From positions 32,001 to 96,000 of the forward strand of contig JBDRLW010000003.1 of the NCBI GenBank assembly GCA_043812655.1: 64,000 bases of DNA. Reading direction: 5' to 3'. Both the position numbers and the translations under genes were made by a program. Shown piece by piece: positions 30,175 to 39,900 of this stretch. The stretch is from a bacterium (lineage in GTDB: Bacteria > Margulisbacteria > WOR-1 > O2-12-FULL-45-9 > XYB2-FULL-48-7). The notes beneath the pieces are model-generated. The model made no database searches, was not told the DNA's origin, and saw nothing but the letters and a program-made list of their open reading frames with translations. Numbering within the stretch: the stretch's first letter is position 1; the number at the start of each line of letters is the position of its first letter.

Positions 30175-32484
30175 TTATTTTATTCCCTCGATCATGCTAA
30201 TGCTTTTGGCTTTTTTCCTTACGTTTAAATAACTCACCGGCCTTGGTGACTTAACTAATTCTCCAATAACGGTCCTGGTATCATAATGCTTGCTTTTTTG
30301 AGCTAAGCGAACTAATAACTTTCTAACTTCCATCGCATTTTTTTGATCCAATAAAGCTTCAATTAATGGCTTTTTTAATTTCCGCTCAAATTTTTTCCAT
30401 TCCCCATAATGAAAATATGATAACAAATACTTTATCTGGTTTTGCCAGGCAGGATTCATGCTCAACGAATCTATCCCCATTAAAGTTAATACTAACGCTC
30501 CTAATGGGTCTCTAGCCATTTCCCCGCAAAAACCAATTCTACCTTTATGCCTTTCTTGATATAACTTTGTTAATAACCCATGAGCTGCTAATTTTTCTTT
30601 TTCCGAAACTTTACTAGCCGATAAAAAGGCCGTAAAATCAGCTTCAGGCTCTTTCATGATTATATAAGCATCTCTAGTTACCTTTAACAAATATCCATGT
30701 TTCTGCAGCTCATTTTTCAGCGGTTCAGACCAGCTGGCAATTTCTTCCACCTTTATGGAACCCTTAACGCCTTTAATCGCCTCAAATATATACCCTAATA
30801 CTTTTGGTGACAGCCAATCATATTCCATTCCGGTCATTAGTTTTGCTCGATCATCAATCTCTAATACCGCGGCAGTTAGATCATTGCCCCCAATAGAAAA
30901 CACCTGGCATTTTTGGGCGATCGCTTCAATATTTTCTACTGCTTCTGGCGTCTCAACCATAGCGCCAAGCTGAATGAATTGGCTGACACGTCGCTGATCA
31001 ATAGTGTAATCGGTAATTAAATCAGTCTCATATTTTTTTACTAAATGTGCGACTTGCTCAACCTGTTCAGGGGTCCGGATCATTGGGATAATAACAGAAA
31101 CCTTTTTCCCTGCTAAACCATCTTCATCTGGATAATATTTCAGACGATCACAAGCAATCAATAGATCCCTGATCTGATCCCTTAAAATGGCTTTCCCTTT
31201 GTCAACTTGTAGCAAAAAATCAACCCCTCTTTTCCCTTGCGTAAAATCATCAAAAGTGCTTTCCGCTTTTGGATACTTATCCTTATCCACGTCAAAAAAG
31301 CGAAAAACAATATCTGTCGTTGCTTCAATAGCATTAATAAATTGTCTTATTAAAGACGGATTTGTTGGTCTCCCCAGCGTATAATGATCTTCCGTGCGAT
31401 AAAGACCAACTTCTTGAGTCTGCGCCCCCTCACTCCCCATATTTTCCATGATCTTTGGCAACGGTAAACGTTGATCATCTCCAGATAACCCTGTCCAGTG
31501 TGTGTCTGCATACTTCTTTGCTTGAGCCATCGCATCACCGATCTCTTTATTCATTAAACTAATATTGCGATCATCAACATTCACCACAACTTGTCCTGTA
31601 TGGGGGTTCATTATTACTTTTACTTCCGGATCTATGTGCGCAAATACTTTTTTGGCTTCTGACATCAAAACTACAGGAATCCCGCGATTAAATGCCAATA
31701 AATATGGATGGCTTGCCAAACCCATAAATTGATGGTCAAAAATAAAGCCTCTCGCCCCAAGATGAACATGAGATTGAATCTCTCCCCAAGCAAGATAATC
31801 AGCTACTAAATAATAACCTGTTTGCTGTATGGGACAATTAACGCCATCAATATGCGCCAATAATCGGGGCAAATACAACTCTGCGTCCTTGTATTGCTCC
31901 TGTTGCCGCATGTGTATTGGGACTTGGCTATTAAATATAATCCTTAACTCTTTTAACTTCCTATATATTGAAGCTCGATCATTAGGTTCTACCAGTTTTT
32001 TTTCTTGTAACAATCTTGATTTATCCACAACATCTCTTTCTGTCTTATTAAACAAATCAACTGAAACCTGAAGAAAAGCCTTAAAAGAAGCAACAAATTG
32101 CGGCCATACCGTTTCAAATGCTTGATGGGCAGAAATATTCTGCTGTTCAATCATCATTTTAGATTGTGTAGCCGCTTCTTTAATCACATAACCAAAGGCC
32201 TCATCTTTTTTATATGCTTCAACCAATGAATCTATTTTTTTAAGTTCATCCTCTTTTTTAATCGGCAGTAATTGATTATTCGTACCGCAAACAACCTGAT
32301 CGATCAATAGACAACTGGGTAAAACATAAGCTGGGTTTTTATCTAGAGGTATTTGTTTCTCTGGTGGAGGCAAAACTCCATTCCCTCGACCAGTAAAAGT
32401 CAAATTTTTTGTAAGTGGCCGGCGCTTTGAAAATGAATGGTTTTCTTTTCGTACTACTCCGTTTATTATCTTACTAAGGGTCAT
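30175..32484 (-). CDS. Divergent PEP-utilising enzyme (PTS enzyme I-like) with N-terminal extension
   Basis: GLASHPYLLAFNRGIPVV (phospho-His region), VGLYRTE, IIPMI, GAMVETP, SIGGNDLT, FCGEMARDP; AGGAG before MTLSK. Confidence 0.75.
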   Translation of the reverse strand: MTLSKIINGVVRKENHSFSKRRPLTKNLTFTGRGNGVLPPPEKQIPLDKNPAYVLPSCLLIDQVVCGTNNQLLPIKKEDELKKIDSLVEAYKKDEAFGYVIKEAATQSKMMIEQQNISAHQAFETVWPQFVASFKAFLQVSVDLFNKTERDVVDKSRLLQEKKLVEPNDRASIYRKLKELRIIFNSQVPIHMRQQEQYKDAELYLPRLLAHIDGVNCPIQQTGYYLVADYLAWGEIQSHVHLGARGFIFDHQFMGLASHPYLLAFNRGIPVVLMSEAKKVFAHIDPEVKVIMNPHTGQVVVNVDDRNISLMNKEIGDAMAQAKKYADTHWTGLSGDDQRLPLPKIMENMGSEGAQTQEVGLYRTEDHYTLGRPTNPSLIRQFINAIEATTDIVFRFFDVDKDKYPKAESTFDDFTQGKRGVDFLLQVDKGKAILRDQIRDLLIACDRLKYYPDEDGLAGKKVSVIIPMIRTPEQVEQVAHLVKKYETDLITDYTIDQRRVSQFIQLGAMVETPEAVENIEAIAQKCQVFSIGGNDLTAAVLEIDDRAKLMTGMEYDWLSPKVLGYIFEAIKGVKGSIKVEEIASWSEPLKNELQKHGYLLKVTRDAYIIMKEPEADFTAFLSASKVSEKEKLAAHGLLTKLYQERHKGRIGFCGEMARDPLGALVLTLMGIDSLSMNPAWQNQIKYLLSYFHYGEWKKFERKLKKPLIEALLDQKNAMEVRKLLVRLAQKSKHYDTRTVIGELVKSPRPVSYLNVRKKAKSISMIEGIK

Positions 32485-32524
32485 ATTAATACTCCTGATC
32501 ATTAAATAGCATTCAACCACATAT

Positions 32525-32551
32525 TTATCGCCTTATTATTCAATTAATTTC
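32525..32551 (-). promoter_or_regulatory. Sigma28/FliA-like promoter
   Basis: Minus strand GAAA-N15-GGCGATAA (canonical TAAA-N15-GCCGATAA). Confidence 0.55.
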
Positions 32552-32588
32552 ACTTCTTTTTGGCTTTCTAGCCTGTTATAATCAAGTT

Positions 32589-33830
32589 ATGTTTGGAATA
32601 AATGAAGTCGAGAGAGAAATAGGGTCAAGGGTCCAGGGTCCAAGGTCCAGAAGAATTAGCAGCATCTCCATCGATTCCCGCACTGTCCAACCCGGTGAAC
32701 TATTTATCCCGATCAAAGGGGAGAAATTTGATGGGAATAAGTTTATTAAAGACGCTCTAGCCAAAGGGGCTTTTGTCGTCGAAACAAAAGACGGGCTAAC
32801 CGCCCTGCACCAGCTCGCCGCTTACCACCGCAGTAAATTTGATCTTCCGGTCATCGCCATCACCGGCAGTGTGGGGAAAACGACGACCAAAGACATGCTT
32901 GCCTCGATCCTCTCCCAAGCGATGCCAACCTTAAAGAACGAACAGAACTATAATAATGAAATAGGCGTCCCCCTCACCCTCCTTAAGCTGACCAAAAAGC
33001 ATAAAGCCGCGGTAATTGAGATGGGCATGCAGGGAAAGGGAGAAATTGAGCTTTTGGCCAAGATCGCCAGGCCAACTATCGCCATTGTTACCAATATCGG
33101 CGAAGCCCACCTTGAACAACTGGGGACTAAAGCTAATATTGCCAAAGCTAAAGCCGAAGTCTTTAAATTCCTAAAAAAAGAAGATTGGGTGGTGATCAAC
33201 GCGGATGATGAATACTACGAACATTTAGTAGCCAGGGTCCAGGGTCCAGGGGCCAGGGTAAAAACCTTTGGTATTATTGAGAAGGCTGACATTAGAACAA
33301 AAGAATTGACGGGGATCAATCTGCCGCTGCCCGGCGAACACAACATTTATAACGCCCTGGCGGCGATCGCGGTGGCGAAAATCTTAAAAATTAAAAAGCC
33401 AGCCATTAAAAAAGGGCTGGAAACTTTTAAGCCTTCCAGCAAGCGGATGGAAGTGATCAACCGGCCAGACGGGACAAAGATCATTAACGATACCTATAAC
33501 GCTAATCCCCAATCAATGGCGGCAACCCTAAAAGTCTTAGCCGGTATTGAGCGGCCAAATGTAAAAAGGATCGCAGTCTTGGGAAGTATGCTGGAACTTG
33601 GCAAACGCTCCAAAGCCGCTCATGCCAAGATAATTAAACTGGCCAAACAATTAAAGATCGACAAAGTCTTAACTTTTGGCGAATTCTGGCCAAGCCTGGC
33701 TCCAGCGGAAAAAACCAAAAAGAACTTAATAAAAAAATTACGGCAATTAATAGCGCCTCGTGATATAATTTTAATCAAGGGCTCCCGGGGAATGAGGATG
33801 GAAGACGTGGTCGACGCGATCAGAACTTAA
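32589..33830 (+). CDS. murF: UDP-N-acetylmuramoyl-tripeptide--D-Ala-D-Ala ligase
   Basis: IDSRTV, AITGSVGKTTTK, NNEIGVPLTL, NDTYNANP, KGSRGM. Confidence 0.93.
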   Translation: MFGINEVEREIGSRVQGPRSRRISSISIDSRTVQPGELFIPIKGEKFDGNKFIKDALAKGAFVVETKDGLTALHQLAAYHRSKFDLPVIAITGSVGKTTTKDMLASILSQAMPTLKNEQNYNNEIGVPLTLLKLTKKHKAAVIEMGMQGKGEIELLAKIARPTIAIVTNIGEAHLEQLGTKANIAKAKAEVFKFLKKEDWVVINADDEYYEHLVARVQGPGARVKTFGIIEKADIRTKELTGINLPLPGEHNIYNALAAIAVAKILKIKKPAIKKGLETFKPSSKRMEVINRPDGTKIINDTYNANPQSMAATLKVLAGIERPNVKRIAVLGSMLELGKRSKAAHAKIIKLAKQLKIDKVLTFGEFWPSLAPAEKTKKNLIKKLRQLIAPRDIILIKGSRGMRMEDVVDAIRT

Positions 33831-33833
33831 CGT

Positions 33834-34137
33834 GCCGCGGTGGCCCGCCTACGGCTTGCCTGCCGGTAGGCAGGCGGGTAAATGGAACTGGCTGGCACTT
33901 ACATCCCGAAGTTGAATGCAATTTTTTGCCGAGGTGGTGGAACTGGCAGACACACCAGCTTGAGGGGCTGGCGCCGTTAAAAGCGTAGGAGTTCAAATCT
34001 CCTCCTCGGCATAAAAATTGCTTTCAAATTCAGAGATGGAGGTTCTCCCGACGGACATTATAATAGAATAATGATGAAATCGTCGGGATCCCGATTTCCG
34101 CCAAAGGCGGAACATCGGGAAAGTCCTCTCCGCGGCA
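33834..34137 (+). pseudogene. Outer tRNA-Leu shell (5' and 3' ends) interrupted by hairpins and enclosing tRNA-Leu(GAG)
   Basis: gccgcggtgg[insert]tggaactggc ... ggaggttc[two hairpins]aagtcctctccgcggca; perfect GCCGCGG/CCGCGGC acceptor stem. Confidence 0.75.
33928..34011 (+). tRNA. tRNA-Leu(GAG), CCA not encoded
   Basis: GCCGAGG/CCTCGGC acceptor stem, ccagc-ttGAGgg-gctgg, GTTCAAATC. Confidence 0.93.
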
Positions 34138-34140
34138 TTA

Positions 34141-34788
34141 TTAATTTGCCTTTTTTCTTAATCCCGAAACTGTTGTAAAACTATACCCCTTTTTCTTTAG
34201 ATCTTTGATCATTATTGGCAGGGCCTCGACTATTTGCCGGCTATTATCATGCATCAACACTACCGAGCCATTCCGCACCAGGGAAGTAACCCTTTTGGCG
34301 ATCGAAGCCGCCGTTCGCATCCCCTTTTTTGGCTGGTAGAAATCGTCAGCGTTCGCGTTCCATAACACGATCTCATAGCCCGCTTTTTCGATCAGCTTTC
34401 TTTTAGAATATGGTAATCGCCCGTGCGGCGGGCGGAAAAGAACAACCTTTTTATTAGTAGCCTTCATGATCAAAAGGGAAGTCTCTCTAATCTCTGCCAG
34501 CGTTTTCTTATCATCCATCTGGTCCAAGGACGTATGGCTGTAGGTGTGGTTCCCGATCTCGTGCCCGTCCGCGCTTGCCTGGCTGACAAACTGCGGATTA
34601 TCCTTAACTTTCCAGCCGATCACAAAAAAGGTCACCGGGACATTTTCCTTTTTCAGTATAGGCAAGAGCTTATCGATGACGCCAGGCGTTGGCCCATCGT
34701 CAAAAGTTAAAGCAACCTGCTTTTTCGCGCTCGCGGAAAAAGCTAAACATAATGCCAAGATCAAGATAATGGATATTTTTCTTACCAT
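34141..34788 (-). CDS. Polysaccharide deacetylase (NodB/CE4), exported
   Basis: Signal peptide, LTFDDGP, GNHTYSH, FRPPHG, VLMHD. Confidence 0.92.
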   Translation of the reverse strand: MVRKISIILILALCLAFSASAKKQVALTFDDGPTPGVIDKLLPILKKENVPVTFFVIGWKVKDNPQFVSQASADGHEIGNHTYSHTSLDQMDDKKTLAEIRETSLLIMKATNKKVVLFRPPHGRLPYSKRKLIEKAGYEIVLWNANADDFYQPKKGMRTAASIAKRVTSLVRNGSVVLMHDNSRQIVEALPIMIKDLKKKGYSFTTVSGLRKKAN

Positions 34789-34931
34789 ATAATAAAACCA
34801 GTTTTCATTATAGCACTATAATAAAATAAACATTGATCCCTCATTACTCATTACTCATCCCTCCCTTGCTTCTATAAAAAGTATTCGGTATAATCAAAAC
34901 AATTGTTAAATCGATCGGTGGTAAATTAAAT

Positions 34932-36407
34932 ATGGTTACTATGTGGACAAAAGAAACCTTAAAACAGCTTATTAAAGAAAAATTGAACGGCGATCTTTTT
35001 ATTGTCGCTTCAAACCGCGAGCCGTATATCCATAAAAGCGGCCCTGAAGGGATCGAATGCATTAACCCGGCGAGCGGCTTGACCTTGGCGCTTGACCCGG
35101 TCTTGCGAGCCAGCGGCGGCGTTTGGGTCGCGCACGGCAGCGGCGATGCCGACCGCAAGGTCGTGGACGAAAAATGCCGCGTGCAGGTCCCTCCCAAAGA
35201 CCCAAAATATGCCTTAAGAAGGGTCTGGCTAAATAAGGCCGAAGAAACCGGTTACTATTACGGTTTTTCCAATGAAACTCTTTGGCCGCTCTGCCATATT
35301 GTTTACACCAAGCCAAATTTCGATGAGTCGGACTGGCTCCACTATAAAGCTGTCAACGAAAAATTCGCCAAAACTATTTTGGATGAGGTTGGCGACCGAA
35401 AAGCTTTTGTTTTTATCCAGGACTATCACCTCACGCTGGTACCAAAGATGTTAAGGGATGCTAATCCAGAGATTAAATCCGCCCTTTTCTGGCATATCCC
35501 CTGGCCAAACCCGGAAGCCTTCCGCATCAATCCCTGGAAAGAAGAAATATTGTGGGGAATGCTGGGCGCCGACTTGCTTGGTTTTCATATCCACTATCAT
35601 GTCGACAATTTTTTAAAGACGGTTGACCAGACCCTAGAGGTCAGGGTCGATAAGGTCGGGACATCTGTGGTTTCCGGCGGCCGGGAAACATTGGTCAAGC
35701 CTTTTCCCATCAGCGTTGACTATGCACAGATCCAAAAAGATGCCAACGCCCCCGAAACTAAACAATTGACCAGCAAACTTAAGAAAGAATATAACCTTGG
35801 CTCGCAATTTATCGGGATCGGCACGGACCGGATCGATTACACCAAAGGGATCGTCGAGCGGTTTAACGCCGTTGATAAATTATTCGAAAAGTACCCGGAA
35901 TACGTTGGTAAATTCACCTTTATCCAAGCGGGCGTCCTAAGCCGGATCCACATCCAAAAATATAAAGACCTCAATGATGACATTAACGCGACCGTTGAGC
36001 GGATCAACTGGAAATACAGCAGTGACAGCTGGCAGCCGATCGTCATGATCAGGCGGCATTTCACCCAGAAAGAATTAATGGCTTTGTACCAGATGGCCGA
36101 TGTTTGCCTCGTTTCTTCACTGCATGACGGGATGAACCTGGTGGCCAAAGAATATGTCGCGGCGGCTGACGCCAGCAAAGGGATGCTGGTCCTGTCACAA
36201 TTCACCGGGGCGGCAAGAGAATTGACGGATGCTATCTTGATCAACCCTTACGCTCCAGATAGCTTTGCCGAAGCGATCAAGTCCGCGATCGAAATGCCGC
36301 AGGAAGAAAGGGAACGGCGGATGAATAAAATGAAAGAAGACGTCGCCGAGAATAATATTTACAAGTGGGCCGGCAAGATCATTCAGTCCCTCCTCAGGCT
36401 CTCCTGA
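34932..36407 (+). CDS. otsA: Trehalose-6-phosphate synthase (GT20)
   Basis: VASNREPY, LWPLCH, QDYHL, FWHIPWP, DRIDYTKG, DGMNLVAKEY. Confidence 0.93.
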   Translation: MVTMWTKETLKQLIKEKLNGDLFIVASNREPYIHKSGPEGIECINPASGLTLALDPVLRASGGVWVAHGSGDADRKVVDEKCRVQVPPKDPKYALRRVWLNKAEETGYYYGFSNETLWPLCHIVYTKPNFDESDWLHYKAVNEKFAKTILDEVGDRKAFVFIQDYHLTLVPKMLRDANPEIKSALFWHIPWPNPEAFRINPWKEEILWGMLGADLLGFHIHYHVDNFLKTVDQTLEVRVDKVGTSVVSGGRETLVKPFPISVDYAQIQKDANAPETKQLTSKLKKEYNLGSQFIGIGTDRIDYTKGIVERFNAVDKLFEKYPEYVGKFTFIQAGVLSRIHIQKYKDLNDDINATVERINWKYSSDSWQPIVMIRRHFTQKELMALYQMADVCLVSSLHDGMNLVAKEYVAAADASKGMLVLSQFTGAARELTDAILINPYAPDSFAEAIKSAIEMPQEERERRMNKMKEDVAENNIYKWAGKIIQSLLRLS

Positions 36408-37371
36408 CTATAAATAACAGATACCAGCTGCCGATAACAGTTAGGATGATCAATAATGAATTCCAAGAAAACCGCATAAATAATTTCTCTTTTGACTTAT
36501 TAATGATCGCAACAATGACCAGGCAAAGGCAGATCACGCCGGCCAGCGCGGTTAAGATGTTCAGGCTGGAGACCGCGCTTAGTAATGGCGCCTGGCGGTA
36601 AAACGGGTCAATTACCGAGATCAGGGCGATGTTAAAAAGAACAGACCCTAAAAGGCTGCTGATAGCCATATCCGGCGCCCCCATCCGCATGGCTGAAGTG
36701 GAAACGGTCAACTCCGGCAAAGTCGTGATCAGCGACAAGATTATGCTGCCGACGAACGTAGCTCCCAATCCGGTCTGGATCGCCAAACTATTGCCCAGGG
36801 TTGAAAGCCAGATGCCAGCCACCACCACTAGCGCGCCAAAAAAAACGAATTTAGCCAAAACTGAAGCAACTTTCTCTTTGGTGTAGATATTTTCGACCTC
36901 AAGTATTTTCCCCTTCTCAAAAATAAATATTTGCCTTTGGCCGATCAAATAAATGATGATGACCGCCAGTGTAAATACGTGCCCATTGACTATTGAAGAA
37001 AAGAAGATCCCCAGGCAAACTAAGCCCAACAGTAAAATGGCAAAACCGGCCGATAGAACGTGGCCAAGGTCAAGCTTGCTAAAAACCGACTTGTTCTTGT
37101 AAAGGTAATCCATAAAAGCGACCAGCAGCAAGTTCATCAGGCAAGCGCCAAGAAGATTCCCCACCCCCAGGTCTGGCTTGCCGACAAAAGTCGCGGCGCT
37201 CAAGCTATTTGAAAGTTCGGGGAGAGAAGTGATCGTAGCGAGCAGAACGATCCCGATCCAGCTTCGGCTCAAATTTAATTTTTCGGCCAGGATATCGGCA
37301 TACTTGGTCAGTAAACTGGCCGCGACAAAGATGATCCCGGCACAAAGAAATAATTCTAAAAACAGGGGCAT
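36394..37371 (-). CDS. Na+/Ca2+ (CaCA/YrbG-like) antiporter
   Basis: Two alpha-repeats, ATITSLPEL and LITTLPEL...GSVLFN. Confidence 0.85.
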   Translation of the reverse strand: MPLFLELFLCAGIIFVAASLLTKYADILAEKLNLSRSWIGIVLLATITSLPELSNSLSAATFVGKPDLGVGNLLGACLMNLLLVAFMDYLYKNKSVFSKLDLGHVLSAGFAILLLGLVCLGIFFSSIVNGHVFTLAVIIIYLIGQRQIFIFEKGKILEVENIYTKEKVASVLAKFVFFGALVVVAGIWLSTLGNSLAIQTGLGATFVGSIILSLITTLPELTVSTSAMRMGAPDMAISSLLGSVLFNIALISVIDPFYRQAPLLSAVSSLNILTALAGVICLCLVIVAIINKSKEKLFMRFSWNSLLIILTVIGSWYLLFIVRRA

Positions 37372-37444
37372 ATAAGGATGATACTTAATATTAGCCTTTT
37401 TGTCCAACGTAAACATGTGCTATACTAAAAAAGGAGGTGTTGAT

Positions 37445-38488
37445 TTGTCTGATTTATACAATATATTAAGCAATCGCCTTTATTTGGTCGCGGGAATAAC
37501 TTATCTATTTTGGATATTGTTTTGCTGGATCTTTGTCGGGTATTTTAACCAGTTTGTCGGCAAGCTGGTAAGGAAGACTGAATCCAGGATCGACGATGTC
37601 TTGTTGCGTGAGGCAAAGCTTCCGCTCTGGTTAACCCTGATCGTCCTCGGGTTCTTTGTTGTTTCCAAGACTGTGGGGCTCCCAAACCAGGTAGCGCTCC
37701 GGGTCGAGCGTATTACCGGGCTCACGATCGTTTTTGTCCTTATTTATTTCATCGCCAGGCTGCTATTGAACATGGCCAAGTTGGCGGCGGAAAAAAATGC
37801 CGGGATAAGGAATATCATGCCCACTTTTTCGCGGCTGGCAAATTTAGTCGTCTGGGGAACTGGCCTTCTGATGCTGATGGATATTTTTGGGATCTCCGTA
37901 ACGCCGGTCTTGGCTTCTTTGGGCATCGCGGGTTTGGCTGTTGGTTTGGCCCTCCAAGATACGCTCAGTAATTTTTTTGCCGGTATTTATATTTCCGTCA
38001 GCCAGCCAGTGAGGCTCGGTGATTATATTCAGCTGGAAAATGGCCTGAACGGCTACATAACGAATATTGGCTGGCGCGAAACCAGGATCAAGACCTTGCC
38101 CAATAATATGGTCATCGTCCCTAATTCAAAATTATCCCAGTCGATCGTCACTAATTATTATCTGCCTCAGGCCGAAATGGCCTGTTTGGTGCAAGTCGGC
38201 GTTAGTTATGACAGTGATCTGGCCAAAGTGGAAAAAGTTACGGTTGAAGTCGGCCGTGAAGTTTTACAGAAAGTCTCCGGCGGAGTAAAGTCGTTCGAGC
38301 CTTTTATCCGCTACCATACATTCGCTGATTTCAGCATTAATTTTACGGTGATCTTGCGGGTCCTTGAATTTACAGACAAGTATTTAGTGACCCACGAATT
38401 CATCAAGGCCTTGCATCAGCGATATAAACAGGAAGGCATCCAGATACCTTTCCCGATCAGGGATATAAACATCAAAAAAAGCGGATAA
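37445..38488 (+). CDS. Small-conductance mechanosensitive channel (MscS family)
   Basis: LAVGLALQDTLSNFFAG, IGWRETRI, IVPNSKL, IPFP; AGGAGG before TTG. Confidence 0.92.
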   Translation: MSDLYNILSNRLYLVAGITYLFWILFCWIFVGYFNQFVGKLVRKTESRIDDVLLREAKLPLWLTLIVLGFFVVSKTVGLPNQVALRVERITGLTIVFVLIYFIARLLLNMAKLAAEKNAGIRNIMPTFSRLANLVVWGTGLLMLMDIFGISVTPVLASLGIAGLAVGLALQDTLSNFFAGIYISVSQPVRLGDYIQLENGLNGYITNIGWRETRIKTLPNNMVIVPNSKLSQSIVTNYYLPQAEMACLVQVGVSYDSDLAKVEKVTVEVGREVLQKVSGGVKSFEPFIRYHTFADFSINFTVILRVLEFTDKYLVTHEFIKALHQRYKQEGIQIPFPIRDINIKKSG

Positions 38489-38492
38489 AAGC

Positions 38493-39833
38493 TCAAGAAG
38501 ATTCAGTTTTTGCCAAATACTTTTTTGGGATCTCCCCGGCCAGTGCCAGCGCCACTTTGGTCAGTAAAGGTCCGATAAGTTCATAGATGATCACCGATGA
38601 CAGGACGATGGTGATGATCACCGCTCCGATCTCCGGAAGTTTGGCCTCCACTGACATTGACACTCCGATCGCTACCCCAGCTTGCGGGATCAAGCTGATA
38701 CCTAAGTATTTTTGGACAGGGGCCGGCTCTTCAGTTAACCTGGCGCTCCAAAACGCGCCAATAAATTTACCAATGACCCGGGAAATAATATAGACAACGC
38801 CGACCAAGCCGATCTGGTTCAAGAGGCCAAGGTGTAACATCGCTCCGGAGATCACAAAAAAAGCGACGTAAAAAGGCGGACCGGTTAATTTTAGGCCATC
38901 CAGCACTTTCCGCCCTTTGGTCGAGATATTAACAATCGTGGCGCCAACCGCCATTGTCGTCAAAAGCGGAGAAAGATTAAAAGTAGTGGCCGCGCCAACG
39001 CTAAACAGGACCCCTCCCAAGATGACCATTAGTTGCTCATTATCGTTTTTAGTCGACTGCTCCCAAAGGTTAAGAGCGTAACCGATCAATATCCCAAAGG
39101 CCAACGATCCAATGATCACCCAGAACGGTTCAATGAAAAAAGTGATAGTGCTAAGCAGGTCCAGAGGATTTGCCCTGGCGGCAACGATCATTTTAGTTAT
39201 AGAAAAGAATATATGGAAAAGCAGCAAGCAAAAGATATTGTTTAAGGCCACGACCGCGAGTAAGACATCCGTTAACCTTCCCCGGCTGCGATATTCCCTG
39301 ACGACCATCAGGGTTGCCGCCGGCGCGGTGGCGGTGGCGATCGCCCCGATCAAAAGCGCAATATGCAAAGGCTGGCCTAGCATGAACATTGCCCCTCCTA
39401 CTATTAAAAAGGCGCCTAAAACTTCGGCGAGCGCGATGTAAATAACTTTAGGCCCGACAGCAATAAAGTGTTTAAGCTCAAATTCCGCGCCGATCGCTAA
39501 AATTATCAGGCCAAGCGTAAATTCGCTGATCACTGTCACATTGCTGATCGTTTCGCTGGTCATTAAACCCAGGACTGAAGGGCCGATCAAAATGCCGGCG
39601 ACCAGGTAGCCGGTCACTTTCGGTATTTTAATATTTTGGGCAAGCTCTCCCATGATCAGGCCAAAGAGCAAAGTCAGCGCGACCGCCATGATGCTGTTCA
39701 TCGGACGGAAAAAACGAGTGGCCAGAAAACCCAGGACAAGGATAAAGCCGATGATAATAATAAAATCGCCGGTTTGCGGCAGACGCCGGATGGTCTTTAA
39801 ATAATTGCGCAGCCGTTTTAAGCGGTCGATCAT
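38493..39833 (-). CDS. Cation:proton antiporter (CPA family)
   Basis: PKVTGYLVAGILIGPS, ATATAPAAT, PQAGVAIG. Confidence 0.85.
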   Translation of the reverse strand: MIDRLKRLRNYLKTIRRLPQTGDFIIIIGFILVLGFLATRFFRPMNSIMAVALTLLFGLIMGELAQNIKIPKVTGYLVAGILIGPSVLGLMTSETISNVTVISEFTLGLIILAIGAEFELKHFIAVGPKVIYIALAEVLGAFLIVGGAMFMLGQPLHIALLIGAIATATAPAATLMVVREYRSRGRLTDVLLAVVALNNIFCLLLFHIFFSITKMIVAARANPLDLLSTITFFIEPFWVIIGSLAFGILIGYALNLWEQSTKNDNEQLMVILGGVLFSVGAATTFNLSPLLTTMAVGATIVNISTKGRKVLDGLKLTGPPFYVAFFVISGAMLHLGLLNQIGLVGVVYIISRVIGKFIGAFWSARLTEEPAPVQKYLGISLIPQAGVAIGVSMSVEAKLPEIGAVIITIVLSSVIIYELIGPLLTKVALALAGEIPKKYLAKTESS

Positions 39834-39900
39834 GCCGTCAATTATAAACACAATTAACGGCCAGGGCAAATGTTTTTAATTTCTGTTATAATAACTGGCA

